Source: Escherichia coli (GTDB lineage: Bacteria > Pseudomonadota > Gammaproteobacteria > Enterobacterales > Enterobacteriaceae). Taken from it: a stretch of 64,000 nucleotides of DNA. A program made the translations under genes and the position numbers. Below are positions 42,516 through 58,878 of this stretch, in pieces. The notes under the pieces are model-generated. The model made no database searches. It saw only the letters and a list, made by a program, of their open reading frames with translations, and had not been told where the DNA came from. The DNA lies in NCBI RefSeq assembly GCF_002854065.1, contig NZ_CP024147.1, one strand, 5' to 3'. Positions within the stretch are counted from its first letter, which is position 1; every line of letters begins with the position of its first letter.

Positions 42516-43874
42516 TTATGCAACATCTTCGTACTGCGGAACCGGGTTGCGGAAGCTTTTGGTCACACAGGCCAGGTAGATCAGACCGATACCGGCCCAG
42601 ATCAGGCCCAGAACCATAGAGCTCTCTTCCAGGTTCACCCACAGTGCGCCAACGGTCAGCGCGCCGCAGATTGGCAGGAACAGGTACTGGAAGTGATCTT
42701 TCAGCGTCTTATTACGCTTCTCACGGATCCAGAACTGAGAGATAACGGACAGGTTCACGAAGGTGAACGCCACCAGCGCACCGAAGTTAATCAGCGCCGT
42801 TGCCATCACCAGGTCGAAGTTAATCGCCAGCAGCGCAATCGCGCCAACCAGGATGATGTTCATCGCCGGGGTGCGCCAGGTTGGATGCACGTAGCCGAAG
42901 AAGCTTTTCGGGAACACGCCATCACGGCCCATCACGTACATCAGACGCGCCACACCCGCATGCGCCGCCATACCGGAAGCCAGCACGGTAATGGTGGAGA
43001 AGATCAGCGCGCCAACCTGGAAGGCTTTACCCGCCACGTACAGCATGATTTCAGGCTGTGAGGCGTCCGGATCTTTGAAGCGAGAGATATCCGGGAAGTA
43101 GAGCTGCAGGAAATAGGTGGAGAAGATAAAGATCAGGCCACCAATCAGCGCCGTCAGGAAGATAGCACGCGGAATCACACGCTCAGCGTCTTTGGTTTCT
43201 TCAGACAGGTTGCTGATACCGTCAAAACCGGTAAAGGAGAAGCACAGAATCGTGGCCCCGGTAATCATAGGGATCACGTGCGCATCACCCGACCAGAACG
43301 GACGGTTGCTTGCCAGCGTACCGGCACCTTCGCCGTGCGCCACGCCATAAATCACCATACCTAGGATCACGGCAATCAGTACCACCTGGAACACCACGAT
43401 CACGGTGTTAAAGTTGGCGACAGATTTGATGCTGCGCAGGTTAAAGGCGGTCATAAAGGCAACCAGTGCAATCACGAATACCCATGACGGTATCGACGGC
43501 ACCAGCGCTTCGAAATAGATTTTTGCCAGCAGAATGTTGATCATCGGCGCGAACAGATAATCGAGCAGCGAAGACCAACCCACCATAAAGCCAACGGTCG
43601 GGCTGATGGATTTCTGGGCATAAGTGTAGGCAGAGCCCGCCGAAGGATAACGGCGCACCAGCTTACCGTAGCTCAGCGCGGTGAACAGAATTGCCACCAG
43701 AGCGAAGGCATAAGCTGTTGGCACGTGACCATCGGTCATGCCAGATACGATACCGAACGTATCAAACAGCGTCATCGGCTGCATATAGGCCAGGCCCATC
43801 ATAACAACCGGAATAAGCGTAAGCGTTTTACGTAATTCCACGCGAGAGGTGTTTGGAGTAACGTTATGCGACAC
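42516..43874 (-). CDS. plaP: Amino acid/polyamine permease (putrescine importer PlaP)
   Basis: 452-aa 12-TM APC-family ORF; synteny. Confidence 0.85.
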   Translation of the reverse strand: MSHNVTPNTSRVELRKTLTLIPVVMMGLAYMQPMTLFDTFGIVSGMTDGHVPTAYAFALVAILFTALSYGKLVRRYPSAGSAYTYAQKSISPTVGFMVGWSSLLDYLFAPMINILLAKIYFEALVPSIPSWVFVIALVAFMTAFNLRSIKSVANFNTVIVVFQVVLIAVILGMVIYGVAHGEGAGTLASNRPFWSGDAHVIPMITGATILCFSFTGFDGISNLSEETKDAERVIPRAIFLTALIGGLIFIFSTYFLQLYFPDISRFKDPDASQPEIMLYVAGKAFQVGALIFSTITVLASGMAAHAGVARLMYVMGRDGVFPKSFFGYVHPTWRTPAMNIILVGAIALLAINFDLVMATALINFGALVAFTFVNLSVISQFWIREKRNKTLKDHFQYLFLPICGALTVGALWVNLEESSMVLGLIWAGIGLIYLACVTKSFRNPVPQYEDVA

Positions 43875-44221
43875 GGTCAGTCTCCATTACGGCGATGGCC
43901 GGCGCAAAATTGAAAAATTGCCCCATTTTTTTTCTGTTTCCTCAGCGACAACGACTGTCGTTTTTTAAGTAAGTATCTATCCGGTACGAAGCCCGGCCTC
44001 TTTAATTTGATGGTTGTTTTGATGTAAAAAAAATAACCGACGCGGCAAGCACGTCGGTTAATCTCAATTTTTTACATTCGACATATTTTGCCCCAAACGG
44101 TAGCAAAAAGACAAGCCGCTGAGAGCATAATCAGCACGCCTTCTCGTCTAAACGACTGATAATTCAGCAACTCCCGAATCATAAATCTCATCAATAGCAC
44201 TATTTGCTAAAACAGCGGCGA

Positions 44222-45043
44222 TTATTCCATCGGCATACGTAACGGGTCAGGATACTGATACTCAAAGCCGAGCTCGCGGCAAATGAGATTACCGTCGATG
44301 ATTTTGCCTTTTCCATTACCGCTGTCGCTAAAGCTCGGAACCGCTAACCCCAGCTCACGCGCCATTTGCGGATAGAAAATACCGCGAGCGGGATGCAACG
44401 GCGCACAAATGTTATAAATGTGTCCACCCTTCGGCGCCTGTAATAAAAGCGTAATAGCAGAGACAACATCTTCCAGATGGACGAGATTCACGCCGTGCTG
44501 ACCATCCGGCGCGGATTTACCTGCGAAGAAACGTCCCGGATGCCGATCCGGCCCCACCAGCCCCGCCAGACGCAGAATATCCACCGACGTCCCCGGCAAT
44601 TGATGAAGCCAGTCTTCCAGCTCTTTTAATACTCTGCCGCTAGCGGTAACCGGTTCACGCGGCGTGCTCTCTTTTACCAGCCCTTCTTCTTTACCGTAGA
44701 CCGAAGTGGAGCTGGTAAAGATAATGCGCGGAATCTGGTACGCCAGCGCGGTGTCCACAATCTCCTGCACCGCCTGATGATAGAAATCTTCGCCCGGACC
44801 GCTGCGGCGCGCGGGGAGCGTAATGACCAGCGCGTCAACATTCATTAAAGCATCAAGGTCATCAGCCTCACAGACCAGCTGCGGATCGAGCCGCAACGGA
44901 TAGCTATCAATCCCGCACATCCGTGCGGCTTCCACGCCATCCTCTGTCGTTTTACTGCCCGTTACCTGCCAGCCGCGCGCCATCAACGACAGCGCCAGCG
45001 GCATACCCAGCCACCCTAAACCGACAATTGCCACCTTCTTCAT
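44222..45043 (-). CDS. yeeZ: NAD-dependent epimerase/dehydratase family protein
   Basis: Start at internal ATG (MKKVAIVGLGWLG Rossmann motif) with AGGAGA RBS; 274 aa. Confidence 0.8.
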   Translation of the reverse strand: MKKVAIVGLGWLGMPLALSLMARGWQVTGSKTTEDGVEAARMCGIDSYPLRLDPQLVCEADDLDALMNVDALVITLPARRSGPGEDFYHQAVQEIVDTALAYQIPRIIFTSSTSVYGKEEGLVKESTPREPVTASGRVLKELEDWLHQLPGTSVDILRLAGLVGPDRHPGRFFAGKSAPDGQHGVNLVHLEDVVSAITLLLQAPKGGHIYNICAPLHPARGIFYPQMARELGLAVPSFSDSGNGKGKIIDGNLICRELGFEYQYPDPLRMPME

Positions 45044-45149
45044 TGCGCTATCTCCTGGTTCATCCTGCACTCCTCTCATAAGGCTACGCCACAGCGAGAA
45101 AACTGACAATTTATAGTGGTAACATGAATTGATTTAATGAATGAAAAAA

Positions 45150-45190
45150 GCGCTTGCGCTCAACGACAAAAGTGGTTTAGGTTAAAAGAC
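45150..45190 (+). promoter_or_regulatory. his operon promoter region (approximate)
   Basis: Location upstream of hisL; TAGGTTAAAAG -10-like element as remembered for the enterobacterial his promoter. Confidence 0.4.
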
Positions 45191-45221
45191 ATCAAGTGAA
45201 TAGTCATTCAACGAGAAATTT

Positions 45222-45272
45222 ATGAGCCGCGTTCAATTTAAACACCACCATCATCACCATCATCCTGACTAG
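45222..45272 (+). CDS. hisL: his operon leader peptide (7 consecutive His codons)
   Basis: atg agc cgc gtt caa ttt aaa cac cac cat cat cac cat cat cct gac tag = [16 protein letters not shown]. Confidence 0.95.
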   Translation: MSRVQFKHHHHHHHPD

Positions 45273-45369
45273 TCTTTCAGGCGATGTGTGCTGGGAGACA
45301 TTCAGATCTTCCAGTGGTGCATGAACGCAAGAGAGCCCCCGGAAGATCATCTTCCGGGGGCTTTTTTTT
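45273..45369 (+). promoter_or_regulatory. his attenuator with terminator hairpin 45335-45369
   Basis: Perfect 13-bp stem gcccccggaagat/atcttccgggggc followed by T8, between hisL and hisG. Confidence 0.9.
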
Positions 45370-45403
45370 GAACCAAATTCAGCAGGGTAATGAGGAATAC
45401 AGA

Positions 45404-46303
45404 ATGTTAGATAACAGCCGTTTACGCATAGCTATTCAGAAATCAGGCCGCCTGAGCGATGATTCACGCGAATTACTGGCCCGTTGTGGTATCAAAATCA
45501 ATCTCCACACCCAGCGCCTGATCGCGATGGCGGAGAACATGCCGATCGATATCCTGCGCGTTCGCGATGACGATATTCCGGGGTTGATTATGGATGGCGT
45601 GGTCGATCTCGGCATTATCGGTGAAAACGTTCTGGAAGAAGAGCTGCTGAGCCGCCGCGCGCAAGGCGAAGACCCGCGCTACTTTACCCTGCGTCGTCTG
45701 GACTTCGGCGGCTGCCGTCTGTCGCTGGCGACCCCGGCGGATGAAGCCTGGAACGGCCCGGCTGCGCTCGACGGCAAACGTATTGCCACCTCTTACCCAC
45801 ACCTGCTCAAACGTTATCTCGACCAGAAAGGCATCAGCTTTAAATCCTGCCTGCTGAACGGCTCTGTTGAAGTGGCCCCGCGTGCCGGTCTGGCCGACGC
45901 CATCTGCGACCTGGTATCAACCGGCGCGACGCTGGAAGCCAACGGCCTGCGTGAAGTAGAAGTGATGTTCCGCTCTAAAGCCTGCCTGATTCAACGCGAC
46001 GGCGAGATGAGCGACACCAAGCAGCAGTTGATTGACCGTCTGTTAACCCGTATTCAGGGCGTGATTCAGGCGCGCGAATCGAAATACATCATGATGCACG
46101 CGCCAACCGAACGCCTGGAAGAAGTGATTGCCCTGCTGCCGGGTGCCGAGCGCCCAACCATTCTGCCGCTGGCGGGCGACCAGCAGCGCGTGGCGATGCA
46201 CATGGTCAGCAGCGAAACCCTGTTCTGGGAAACCATGGAAAAACTGAAGTCCCTGGGTGCCAGCTCGATTCTGGTACTGCCGATTGAGAAGATGATGGAG
46301 TAA
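45404..46303 (+). CDS. hisG: ATP phosphoribosyltransferase
   Basis: Start at ATG 45404 ([17 protein letters not shown]...), 299 aa. Confidence 0.9.
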   Translation: MLDNSRLRIAIQKSGRLSDDSRELLARCGIKINLHTQRLIAMAENMPIDILRVRDDDIPGLIMDGVVDLGIIGENVLEEELLSRRAQGEDPRYFTLRRLDFGGCRLSLATPADEAWNGPAALDGKRIATSYPHLLKRYLDQKGISFKSCLLNGSVEVAPRAGLADAICDLVSTGATLEANGLREVEVMFRSKACLIQRDGEMSDTKQQLIDRLLTRIQGVIQARESKYIMMHAPTERLEEVIALLPGAERPTILPLAGDQQRVAMHMVSSETLFWETMEKLKSLGASSILVLPIEKMME

Positions 46304-46308
46304 GCGCC

Positions 46309-51813
<5,505 letters not shown>

Positions 51814-51820
<7 letters not shown>

Positions 51821-52413
51821 CTGAACAACTGGACTGGCAAAAAACCGACGGACTGATGCCCGCCATTATCCAACACGCGGTATCCGGTGAAGTGCTGATG
51901 CTGGGCTATATGAACGAGGAAGCGCTGGCCAAAACGCAGGAAACGGGCAAAGTGACCTTTTTCTCGCGCACCAAACAGCGCCTGTGGACCAAGGGTGAAA
52001 CCTCCGGCCACTTCCTCAATGTGGTAAGCATCGCGCCCGACTGCGACAATGACACTCTGCTGGTGCTGGTTAACCCGATTGGCCCGACCTGCCATAAAGG
52101 CACCTCAAGCTGCTTCGGCGACACCAGCCACCAGTGGCTGTTCCTGTATCAGCTTGAGCAGCTGCTGGCCGAGCGTAAAAACGCTGACCCGGCAAGTTCA
52201 TACACCGCTAAGCTGTACGCCAGCGGCACCAAGCGTATCGCGCAGAAAGTGGGTGAAGAAGGCGTGGAAACCGCGCTGGCCGCCACGGTGCACGATAAGT
52301 TTGAGCTGAAGAATGAGGCGTCGGATTTGATGTATCACCTGCTGGTGCTATTGCAGGATCAGGAGCTGGATTTGACGGCGGTGATTGAGAATTTGCGGGA
52401 ACGGCATAAGTAA
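51814..52413 (+). CDS. hisI: Bifunctional phosphoribosyl-AMP cyclohydrolase / phosphoribosyl-ATP pyrophosphatase
   Basis: 199-aa ORF; last gene of his operon. Confidence 0.9.
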
Positions 52414-52423
52414 CGGATAAATT

Positions 52424-52452
52424 TGAGCCCGGCGATAACACCGGGCTTTATT
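52424..52452. terminator. Bidirectional terminator between hisI and ugd
   Basis: Hairpin gcccggcgataacaccgggc flanked by T/A runs. Confidence 0.6.
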
Positions 52453-52469
52453 ATTGCTGCACGAACCTG

Positions 52470-53636
52470 TCAATCATTACCAAACAGATCGCGGGTATAC
52501 ACCTTCTCTTTCACATCAGCCAATTCTTCCGCCATTCGGTTAGAAATGATGACATCCGCTTCTTGCTTAAATGCATCCAAATCGCGTACAACGCGGGAAT
52601 TAAAGAATTCATCTTCTTTCATCGCAGGTTCATACACAATCACTGGAATGCCTTTCGCTTTGATTCGTATCATAATCCCTTGAATCGAAGATGCGCGGAA
52701 ATTGTCGGATCCTGACTTCATGACGAGGCGATATACCCCAACCACTTTCGGCTTGCGGGCCAGGATGGAATCGGCAATAAAATCCTTGCGGGTACGGTTA
52801 GCGTCAACAATCGCACCGACGATGTTATTTGGCACAGACGCATAATTTGCCAGCAGTTGTTTAGTATCTTTCGGGAGGCAATATCCACCATAACCAAAAG
52901 ATGGATTGTTATAGTGATTACCGATGCGCGGGTCCAGGCACACGCCTTCAATAATCTGGCGGGAGTTCAGGCCCAGGCTTTCCGCATAGCTATCCAGCTC
53001 GTTGAAATAAGCCACGCGCATCGCGAGGTAGGTGTTCGCGAATAGCTTGATAGCTTCGGCTTCGGTCGAGTCGGTGAACAGCGTCGGGATATCCTTCTTC
53101 ACTGCCCCTTCCTGCAGCAGCGCGGCAAAACGCTCGGCACGCTCAGAACGTTCGCCGATAACGATACGCGACGGATGCAGGTTGTCGTACAGCGCACGGC
53201 CTTCGCGCAGGAATTCCGGCGAGAAGAAAATATTGTCGATACCCAGTTTTTCTTTAATCGAATTGGTAAAGCCTACCGGAATGGTAGATTTGATAACCAT
53301 CACCGCGTTGGGGTTGATTTCAACGACGTCACGGATAACAGACTCAACGCTGGACGTATTGAAATAGTTCGTTTTGGGGTCGTAATCGGTCGGAGTGGCG
53401 ATGATCACATAGTCTGCATCGCGATAAGCATCGCGCTTATCAGTGGTCGCACGGAAATTCAGCGGTTTGGTCGCCAGATACTCTTCGATCTCTTTGTCGA
53501 CGATCGGCGACTGTTTCTGATTCAGCATGTCGACCTTGGCCTGAACGATATCCAGGGCCACCACTTCGTGGTGCTGGGCGATCAGAATGCCGTTCGACAG
53601 GCCGACGTAACCTGTTCCTGAAATAGTTATCTTCAT
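52470..53636 (-). CDS. ugd: UDP-glucose 6-dehydrogenase
   Basis: 388-aa ORF ([16 protein letters not shown]...GGYCLPKD catalytic Cys motif). Confidence 0.9.
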   Translation of the reverse strand: MKITISGTGYVGLSNGILIAQHHEVVALDIVQAKVDMLNQKQSPIVDKEIEEYLATKPLNFRATTDKRDAYRDADYVIIATPTDYDPKTNYFNTSSVESVIRDVVEINPNAVMVIKSTIPVGFTNSIKEKLGIDNIFFSPEFLREGRALYDNLHPSRIVIGERSERAERFAALLQEGAVKKDIPTLFTDSTEAEAIKLFANTYLAMRVAYFNELDSYAESLGLNSRQIIEGVCLDPRIGNHYNNPSFGYGGYCLPKDTKQLLANYASVPNNIVGAIVDANRTRKDFIADSILARKPKVVGVYRLVMKSGSDNFRASSIQGIMIRIKAKGIPVIVYEPAMKEDEFFNSRVVRDLDAFKQEADVIISNRMAEELADVKEKVYTRDLFGND

Positions 53637-53784
53637 TCGCTCTGTAACTTCTTCCGGTTAAACATTTGAGGGTGAATGCATCACCACCGTGGGACCCAAC
53701 GTTGTCGGATCGGCTTGCCGCCAGTATATCGCGAATTACCGCGTCGCCGCCTATCAGACCTGACTGAATGCTGTTTTCAGACAA

Positions 53785-53815
53785 TAAAAAAGCCCGGAGA
53801 TGCGCTCCGGGCCTG
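53785..53815 (-). terminator. Terminator downstream of gnd
   Basis: Hairpin gcccggagatgcgctccgggc with A-run on plus strand. Confidence 0.6.
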
Positions 53816-53839
53816 GCTTTACGGATGAACTAATTCAGA

Positions 53840-55246
53840 TTAATCCAGCCATTCGGTGTGGAACACACCTTCTTTATCAGTGCGTTTATAGGTATGCGCG
53901 CCGAAGTAGTCACGCTGAGCCTGAATCAGGTTCGCCGGCAGTACCGCAGCGCGGTAGCTATCGTAGTACGCCACTGCTGCAGAGAAGGTCGGTACCGGAA
54001 TACCGTTCTGCACAGCATAGGCCACCACGTCACGCAGCGCCTGCTGGTATTCATCAGCGATATTTTTGAAGTACGGTGCCAGCAGCAGGTTGGCGATACT
54101 CGCGTTTTCAGCGTAGGCGTCGGTGATTTTCTGCAGGAACTGTGCACGAATGATGCAGCCCGCGCGGAAGATCTTCGCGATTTCGCCGTAGTTCAGATCC
54201 CAGTTGTACTCGTCAGACGCGGCACGCAGCTGAGAGAAGCCCTGCGCGTAGGAGACGATTTTACCCAGGTACAGTGCGCGACGCACTTTCTCAACGAACT
54301 CTGCTTTATCGCCAGCCAGTTTAGCCTGCGGGCCAGTCAGCACTTTAGATGCCGCCACGCGCTGGTCTTTCAGGGAGGAGATGTAGCGCGCGAAAACAGA
54401 TTCAGTGATCAGCGACAGCGGTTCGCCCAGGTCCAGAGAGCTCTGGCTAGTCCATTTACCGGTGCCTTTGTTCGCCGCTTCGTCGAGGATCACATCAACC
54501 AGGTATTTACCGTCTTCATCTTTTTTGGTGAAGATGTCTTTGGTGATGTCGATCAGGTAGCTGCTCAGCTCGCCTTCATTCCACTCGGTGAAGGTGGTTG
54601 CCAGCTCTTCGTTAGACAGGTTCAGGCCGCCTTTCAGCAGAGAATAGGCTTCAGCAATCAGCTGCATGTCGCCGTATTCGATACCGTTGTGGACCATTTT
54701 CACGTAATGACCCGCACCGTCAGCACCGATGTAGGTTACGCAAGGCTCGCCGTCTTCAGCTACAGCAGCAATCTTGGTCAGGATAGGCGCAACCAACTCA
54801 TACGCTTCTTTCTGGCCGCCAGGCATGATAGATGGGCCCTTCAGCGCGCCCTCTTCGCCGCCGGATACGCCGGTACCGATGAAGTTAAAGCCTTCAGCAG
54901 ACAGCTCACGGTTACGACGAATGGTATCCTGGAAGAAGGTGTTACCACCATCAATGATGATGTCACCTTTATCAAGGTAAGGTTTCAGGGAATCGATGGC
55001 AGCATCGGTGCCCGCGCCTGCTTTCACCATTAACAGGATACGACGTGGGGTCTCAAGAGACTCGACGAACTCCTTGACCGTGTAGTGAGGAACCAGCTTT
55101 TTGCCTGGATTCTCAGCGACAACTTCTTCGGTTTTTTCACGGGAGCGGTTGAAGATAGAGACGGTATAACCACGGCTTTCGATGTTGAGCGCCAGGTTGC
55201 GCCCCATCACAGCCATACCGACTACGCCGATTTGTTGCTTAGACAT
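53840..55246 (-). CDS. gnd: 6-phosphogluconate dehydrogenase (decarboxylating)
   Basis: 468-aa ORF ([21 protein letters not shown]...). Confidence 0.95.
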   Translation of the reverse strand: MSKQQIGVVGMAVMGRNLALNIESRGYTVSIFNRSREKTEEVVAENPGKKLVPHYTVKEFVESLETPRRILLMVKAGAGTDAAIDSLKPYLDKGDIIIDGGNTFFQDTIRRNRELSAEGFNFIGTGVSGGEEGALKGPSIMPGGQKEAYELVAPILTKIAAVAEDGEPCVTYIGADGAGHYVKMVHNGIEYGDMQLIAEAYSLLKGGLNLSNEELATTFTEWNEGELSSYLIDITKDIFTKKDEDGKYLVDVILDEAANKGTGKWTSQSSLDLGEPLSLITESVFARYISSLKDQRVAASKVLTGPQAKLAGDKAEFVEKVRRALYLGKIVSYAQGFSQLRAASDEYNWDLNYGEIAKIFRAGCIIRAQFLQKITDAYAENASIANLLLAPYFKNIADEYQQALRDVVAYAVQNGIPVPTFSAAVAYYDSYRAAVLPANLIQAQRDYFGAHTYKRTDKEGVFHTEWLD

Positions 55247-55417
55247 TACATACTCCTGTCAGGTAGTATCTGTCTATGAACAGACAGAATTTAAGAAATT
55301 ATATATTAGGAGAACGACAAGTTGTATAAAGAAATAGATGTTTGAGTGAAATTAATAACTGTCATAAGTAACTAAAAAAACGCATAGCGACAAGCTCAGA
55401 TAAGTTGTTGCTCAATA

Positions 55418-56563
55418 TTAGAGCACTTCTTGCATTGTGAGTTTATTATAGATTTGAACGGTTTTTCGTATGACAACGGTAGATGAATACTTTTCCTCTA
55501 CTCGCTTTCTGGCATTCTGCCCCATCTTAGTGCGCTCAAGAGGATCGCTAATAAGGATACCAAGCTTCTGAGAAAATAGGTTCACATTTCCTTTAGGCAC
55601 AAGGAAACCGTTATAACCGTCAAGTATTAAACTCCCACAACCACCAGTGTCAAAACTTATAACAGGACGACCGATTGCACCGGCTTCTAAAAGAATTCGA
55701 GGAATACCTTCAGAGTAAACAGATGGCAAAGCGACTATATCCACACTTTCAATTAATTCCTTGATATCGCTACGCTTGCCCAGCCAAATGATATCACCGG
55801 AGTTATGCCACTCTTCTATCTGAGTTATACTTATAGCGTCGCGATCATTGTCAACAAGAATGCCCGCAACTAATATCTCAAATTCGATGCCTTGTAATTT
55901 TAAAATTCTACTAGCATCAATTAACGTGCGTAGCCCTTTACTCCAAAGCATGCGACTTGCAAAAAAAACTTTAACCTTGGTATTATTAGGTGGTGTACTA
56001 TAACAAAAATAGTCTATATTAATACCTGCGCCATCAATAACTTCAGTTTTATTTTTTGGAATATCTAATAGTTCAATTATTTTTTGCTGATCTTTTTTAT
56101 GTTCAAAGAGGATACAACAATCAATATTTAAGAAAAATCTTCTATACATATTAGCAATTAAGAACTTAACCATTTGGTAAATGACCTTATTGCTTTCAAA
56201 AACTCTACCTAACCCAACAAAACTATAGACCATTTTTTTGTTTCGGATTCTGGCCCATAAACAACTAATCACACCAGGTTTAATCGTGACGCTATGCACA
56301 ATATCAGGATTAATTTTATTCAATGTTCTAAATGAGCGAGTTATATCGCAAAAGAAAACAACAGGATTGATATTTTGCTCTTTTATTTTACTATCAATAC
56401 ACTTAAATCCTAAACTAGTAAAGCGATCCAGAATAGACTTGTCAGAATAATTCGCAAAAATATAGACATCATATCCTGCTTCCAGAACTGATAAGGCACG
56501 ATCTAACCAATGTAATTCGAAATACCAAGCGGAGTTCACAAAATAACATATCTTTATTTTCAT
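55418..56563 (-). CDS. Glycosyltransferase family 1 (GT4-type), O-antigen cluster
   Basis: 381-aa ORF with C-terminal GT1 motif (...EGIPRILLEAGAIGRPVISFDTGG...); AT-rich. Confidence 0.7.
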   Translation of the reverse strand: MKIKICYFVNSAWYFELHWLDRALSVLEAGYDVYIFANYSDKSILDRFTSLGFKCIDSKIKEQNINPVVFFCDITRSFRTLNKINPDIVHSVTIKPGVISCLWARIRNKKMVYSFVGLGRVFESNKVIYQMVKFLIANMYRRFFLNIDCCILFEHKKDQQKIIELLDIPKNKTEVIDGAGINIDYFCYSTPPNNTKVKVFFASRMLWSKGLRTLIDASRILKLQGIEFEILVAGILVDNDRDAISITQIEEWHNSGDIIWLGKRSDIKELIESVDIVALPSVYSEGIPRILLEAGAIGRPVISFDTGGCGSLILDGYNGFLVPKGNVNLFSQKLGILISDPLERTKMGQNARKRVEEKYSSTVVIRKTVQIYNKLTMQEVL

Positions 56564-56718
56564 ATTTAAAACTCACATCTCCTTCCTTAAGCTATTATCC
56601 TGTTAAAATTTAAAACCTCAGCACGTCATCTTATACTTCGAAGAAAATATCAGTTTTAAATAAAGCAAAACAAATCATCCCTGATTTGTTTGTGAATCAA
56701 AATAAAGACTATTACAAA

Positions 56719-58878
56719 TCACCAACACACAAGCATGTATTCATACACCAGATCACGCTCAGGCTGGAGGTGAACAAACTTGAATTGATAACCCATATTG
56801 AGATTTTCAACAAATTTCTTACATTCAAAAATTTGCTCTGGCTGCAACCACAAGTGATAAACAGAAATCAGCAACACGGGCTTGTGTTTTTTGATTGTCT
56901 CGATTGCACCATTAAGGGCATTAATCTCATAGCCTTCAATATCGAATTTAATCAAACCAACACGATCTTCAAACGTCAGACTATCAATAGTGACCGATTG
57001 AACTTTAATGTCAGACTGCTCGTCTTCAACAACACATGAGCCTACTCCATCATCCCCAACTTTCATCATCGAAAGTTCGCCAGATACATTGCTGACAGCA
57101 ACATTTAAGGGTTTAATAGTATCATTTAAATATTGATGATTACGCTCAAGATTCCGAACCATACAGTTATAATTATCAGCTACAGGTTCTAAGGCAAGTA
57201 CTTCTTTAAATCCAAAGCTAGCGAACATGATAGCTGTATCACCAACCCAAGCCCCACAATCTATAGCAACAGAGCCTTTGAATTCTTCAGTGAATCGGCC
57301 TGGAAGATACTTCAAGCCAGCTTTGAAATAGTTGGTTGCTAGAGTAACCGGTAATTCAGATAGATCAAGATGCTGAATTAATTCTTTTTCGTGACGTAAG
57401 ATTGAATCAATATTTGACAATATAACTCTATCTTCATCCGTAAATAATGTTAAAGATAAAGGTAATTCCAACTCAATGCCTTGATGTTCAAAGTATGGCA
57501 GTAATTCATAAAAACCAAATAATTTCCTCTCATTTTGAAGGCTAAATTCATCAAGGCCGCGTTTGAATTCTTCACGTAGTTTAGAGATCCGAGAGGAATT
57601 TACCTTCATGTAATAATAAAACTGGTTAGTAGGCGCTACTTTTATTAGTACAGAACCATTTTTATTCTGTCCTGAAATGACATCGACTTTATCAGTAAGT
57701 TCTTTCGACATCTTCAAAAATGAAGAATCTAACTCCTCCCGAAAATGTTTGGAAAGTAAAGATGAGGAGGAATCCATTTTTGATGAAACAGCATTAATAA
57801 TTGGTTCAATTATTAATTTGTTAGTAATAAAACGTAGTTTGGAAACGACTTTCTTTTTAATCCTGTTTCTTGTCTGAACTGTTTTTATAATCCTGTTACT
57901 CATCAACTCATTATAAATTGGAAGAACATGATTATAATAATAGTCATTTGTATCGGAGGAAAATGAAACATTAGAAGTTACTGGCTGGAAACCTTCTTCT
58001 TTAGCCTGTTCAAAAACAGCAATAGCAGCTTCCTGATATGACTTCAATCCATCGCCTCTCAAACGAGAAGAATGGAAAACTAAATCAAAAAGATGGTGAA
58101 AATAAAAATGATTCAGGTATTTTTGAAACGTTCCAACACTAAGAAGGTGTTTTTTTATAATATCATAATTATTAAAAGATATTAATGCCTTGTCAGCACT
58201 AGCACTGGATGAGCCCACGTTCATGACCCTGTAGTTATAAACAGGCACATTCAAAAGAGTTATCTTTTCTACAGAGGCATAGGTGATGAATTTAAAGGGC
58301 ATATCCTGATATGAAGCCCCAGGACTTTCATAGAAGCGAATATGATTTTCTTCAAGAAAATCTCTTCTATACAAGCCAGTCCAGATTGATGATTCAAGCA
58401 AGAAAAGCTCAACTGAATTTTCTGGTACAATTTCTGCCAAGTTATCATTATCAAATGTACATAAATGCGCAAGGGACTGAGTATTGATTACAACTTCATT
58501 ACTTATTCTATTGAAACTTGCTTTAATGACCGGATTCGGGATTTTATTATAAGCGTCTATTAGACGCTCAAACATATCAAGCTGAACCCAATCGTCTGTT
58601 TCGATGATAGAAATAAAATCGCCGCTTGCAACATCTAGCCCAGAGTTGATTGCAGCTCCGTAACCTGCGTTTTTTTTATGGATAGCAATAATTCTTGTAT
58701 CGCTCGAAGCGTATCGATCAATAATCTGAGGGCAAGCATCAGGGCTACCGTCATTGACTATTATTATTTCCAGATTCTTATATGTTTGAGACAGAACACT
58801 GTCGAGACATTGCTCTAAATAAACTTCGCCGCCGTATACAGGTAAAATAACGGAAATTTTAAAGATATCATCACCCAT
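56719..58878 (-). CDS. Fused glycosyltransferase family 2 (N-terminal) - FkbM-family methyltransferase (C-terminal)
   Basis: 719-aa ORF; N-terminus ISVILPVYGGEVYLEQCLDSVLSQTY...IVNDGS...DDW (GT2); C-terminus AIDCGAWVGDTAIMFA...FDIEGYEINAL (FkbM-type SAM methyltransferase). Confidence 0.65.
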   Translation of the reverse strand: MGDDIFKISVILPVYGGEVYLEQCLDSVLSQTYKNLEIIIVNDGSPDACPQIIDRYASSDTRIIAIHKKNAGYGAAINSGLDVASGDFISIIETDDWVQLDMFERLIDAYNKIPNPVIKASFNRISNEVVINTQSLAHLCTFDNDNLAEIVPENSVELFLLESSIWTGLYRRDFLEENHIRFYESPGASYQDMPFKFITYASVEKITLLNVPVYNYRVMNVGSSSASADKALISFNNYDIIKKHLLSVGTFQKYLNHFYFHHLFDLVFHSSRLRGDGLKSYQEAAIAVFEQAKEEGFQPVTSNVSFSSDTNDYYYNHVLPIYNELMSNRIIKTVQTRNRIKKKVVSKLRFITNKLIIEPIINAVSSKMDSSSSLLSKHFREELDSSFLKMSKELTDKVDVISGQNKNGSVLIKVAPTNQFYYYMKVNSSRISKLREEFKRGLDEFSLQNERKLFGFYELLPYFEHQGIELELPLSLTLFTDEDRVILSNIDSILRHEKELIQHLDLSELPVTLATNYFKAGLKYLPGRFTEEFKGSVAIDCGAWVGDTAIMFASFGFKEVLALEPVADNYNCMVRNLERNHQYLNDTIKPLNVAVSNVSGELSMMKVGDDGVGSCVVEDEQSDIKVQSVTIDSLTFEDRVGLIKFDIEGYEINALNGAIETIKKHKPVLLISVYHLWLQPEQIFECKKFVENLNMGYQFKFVHLQPERDLVYEYMLVCW

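Noticed and set aside
45243-45263. Run of seven His codons resembling an engineered His-tag
   Set aside because: It is the natural hisL leader peptide of the his attenuator, followed by the canonical terminator hairpin.
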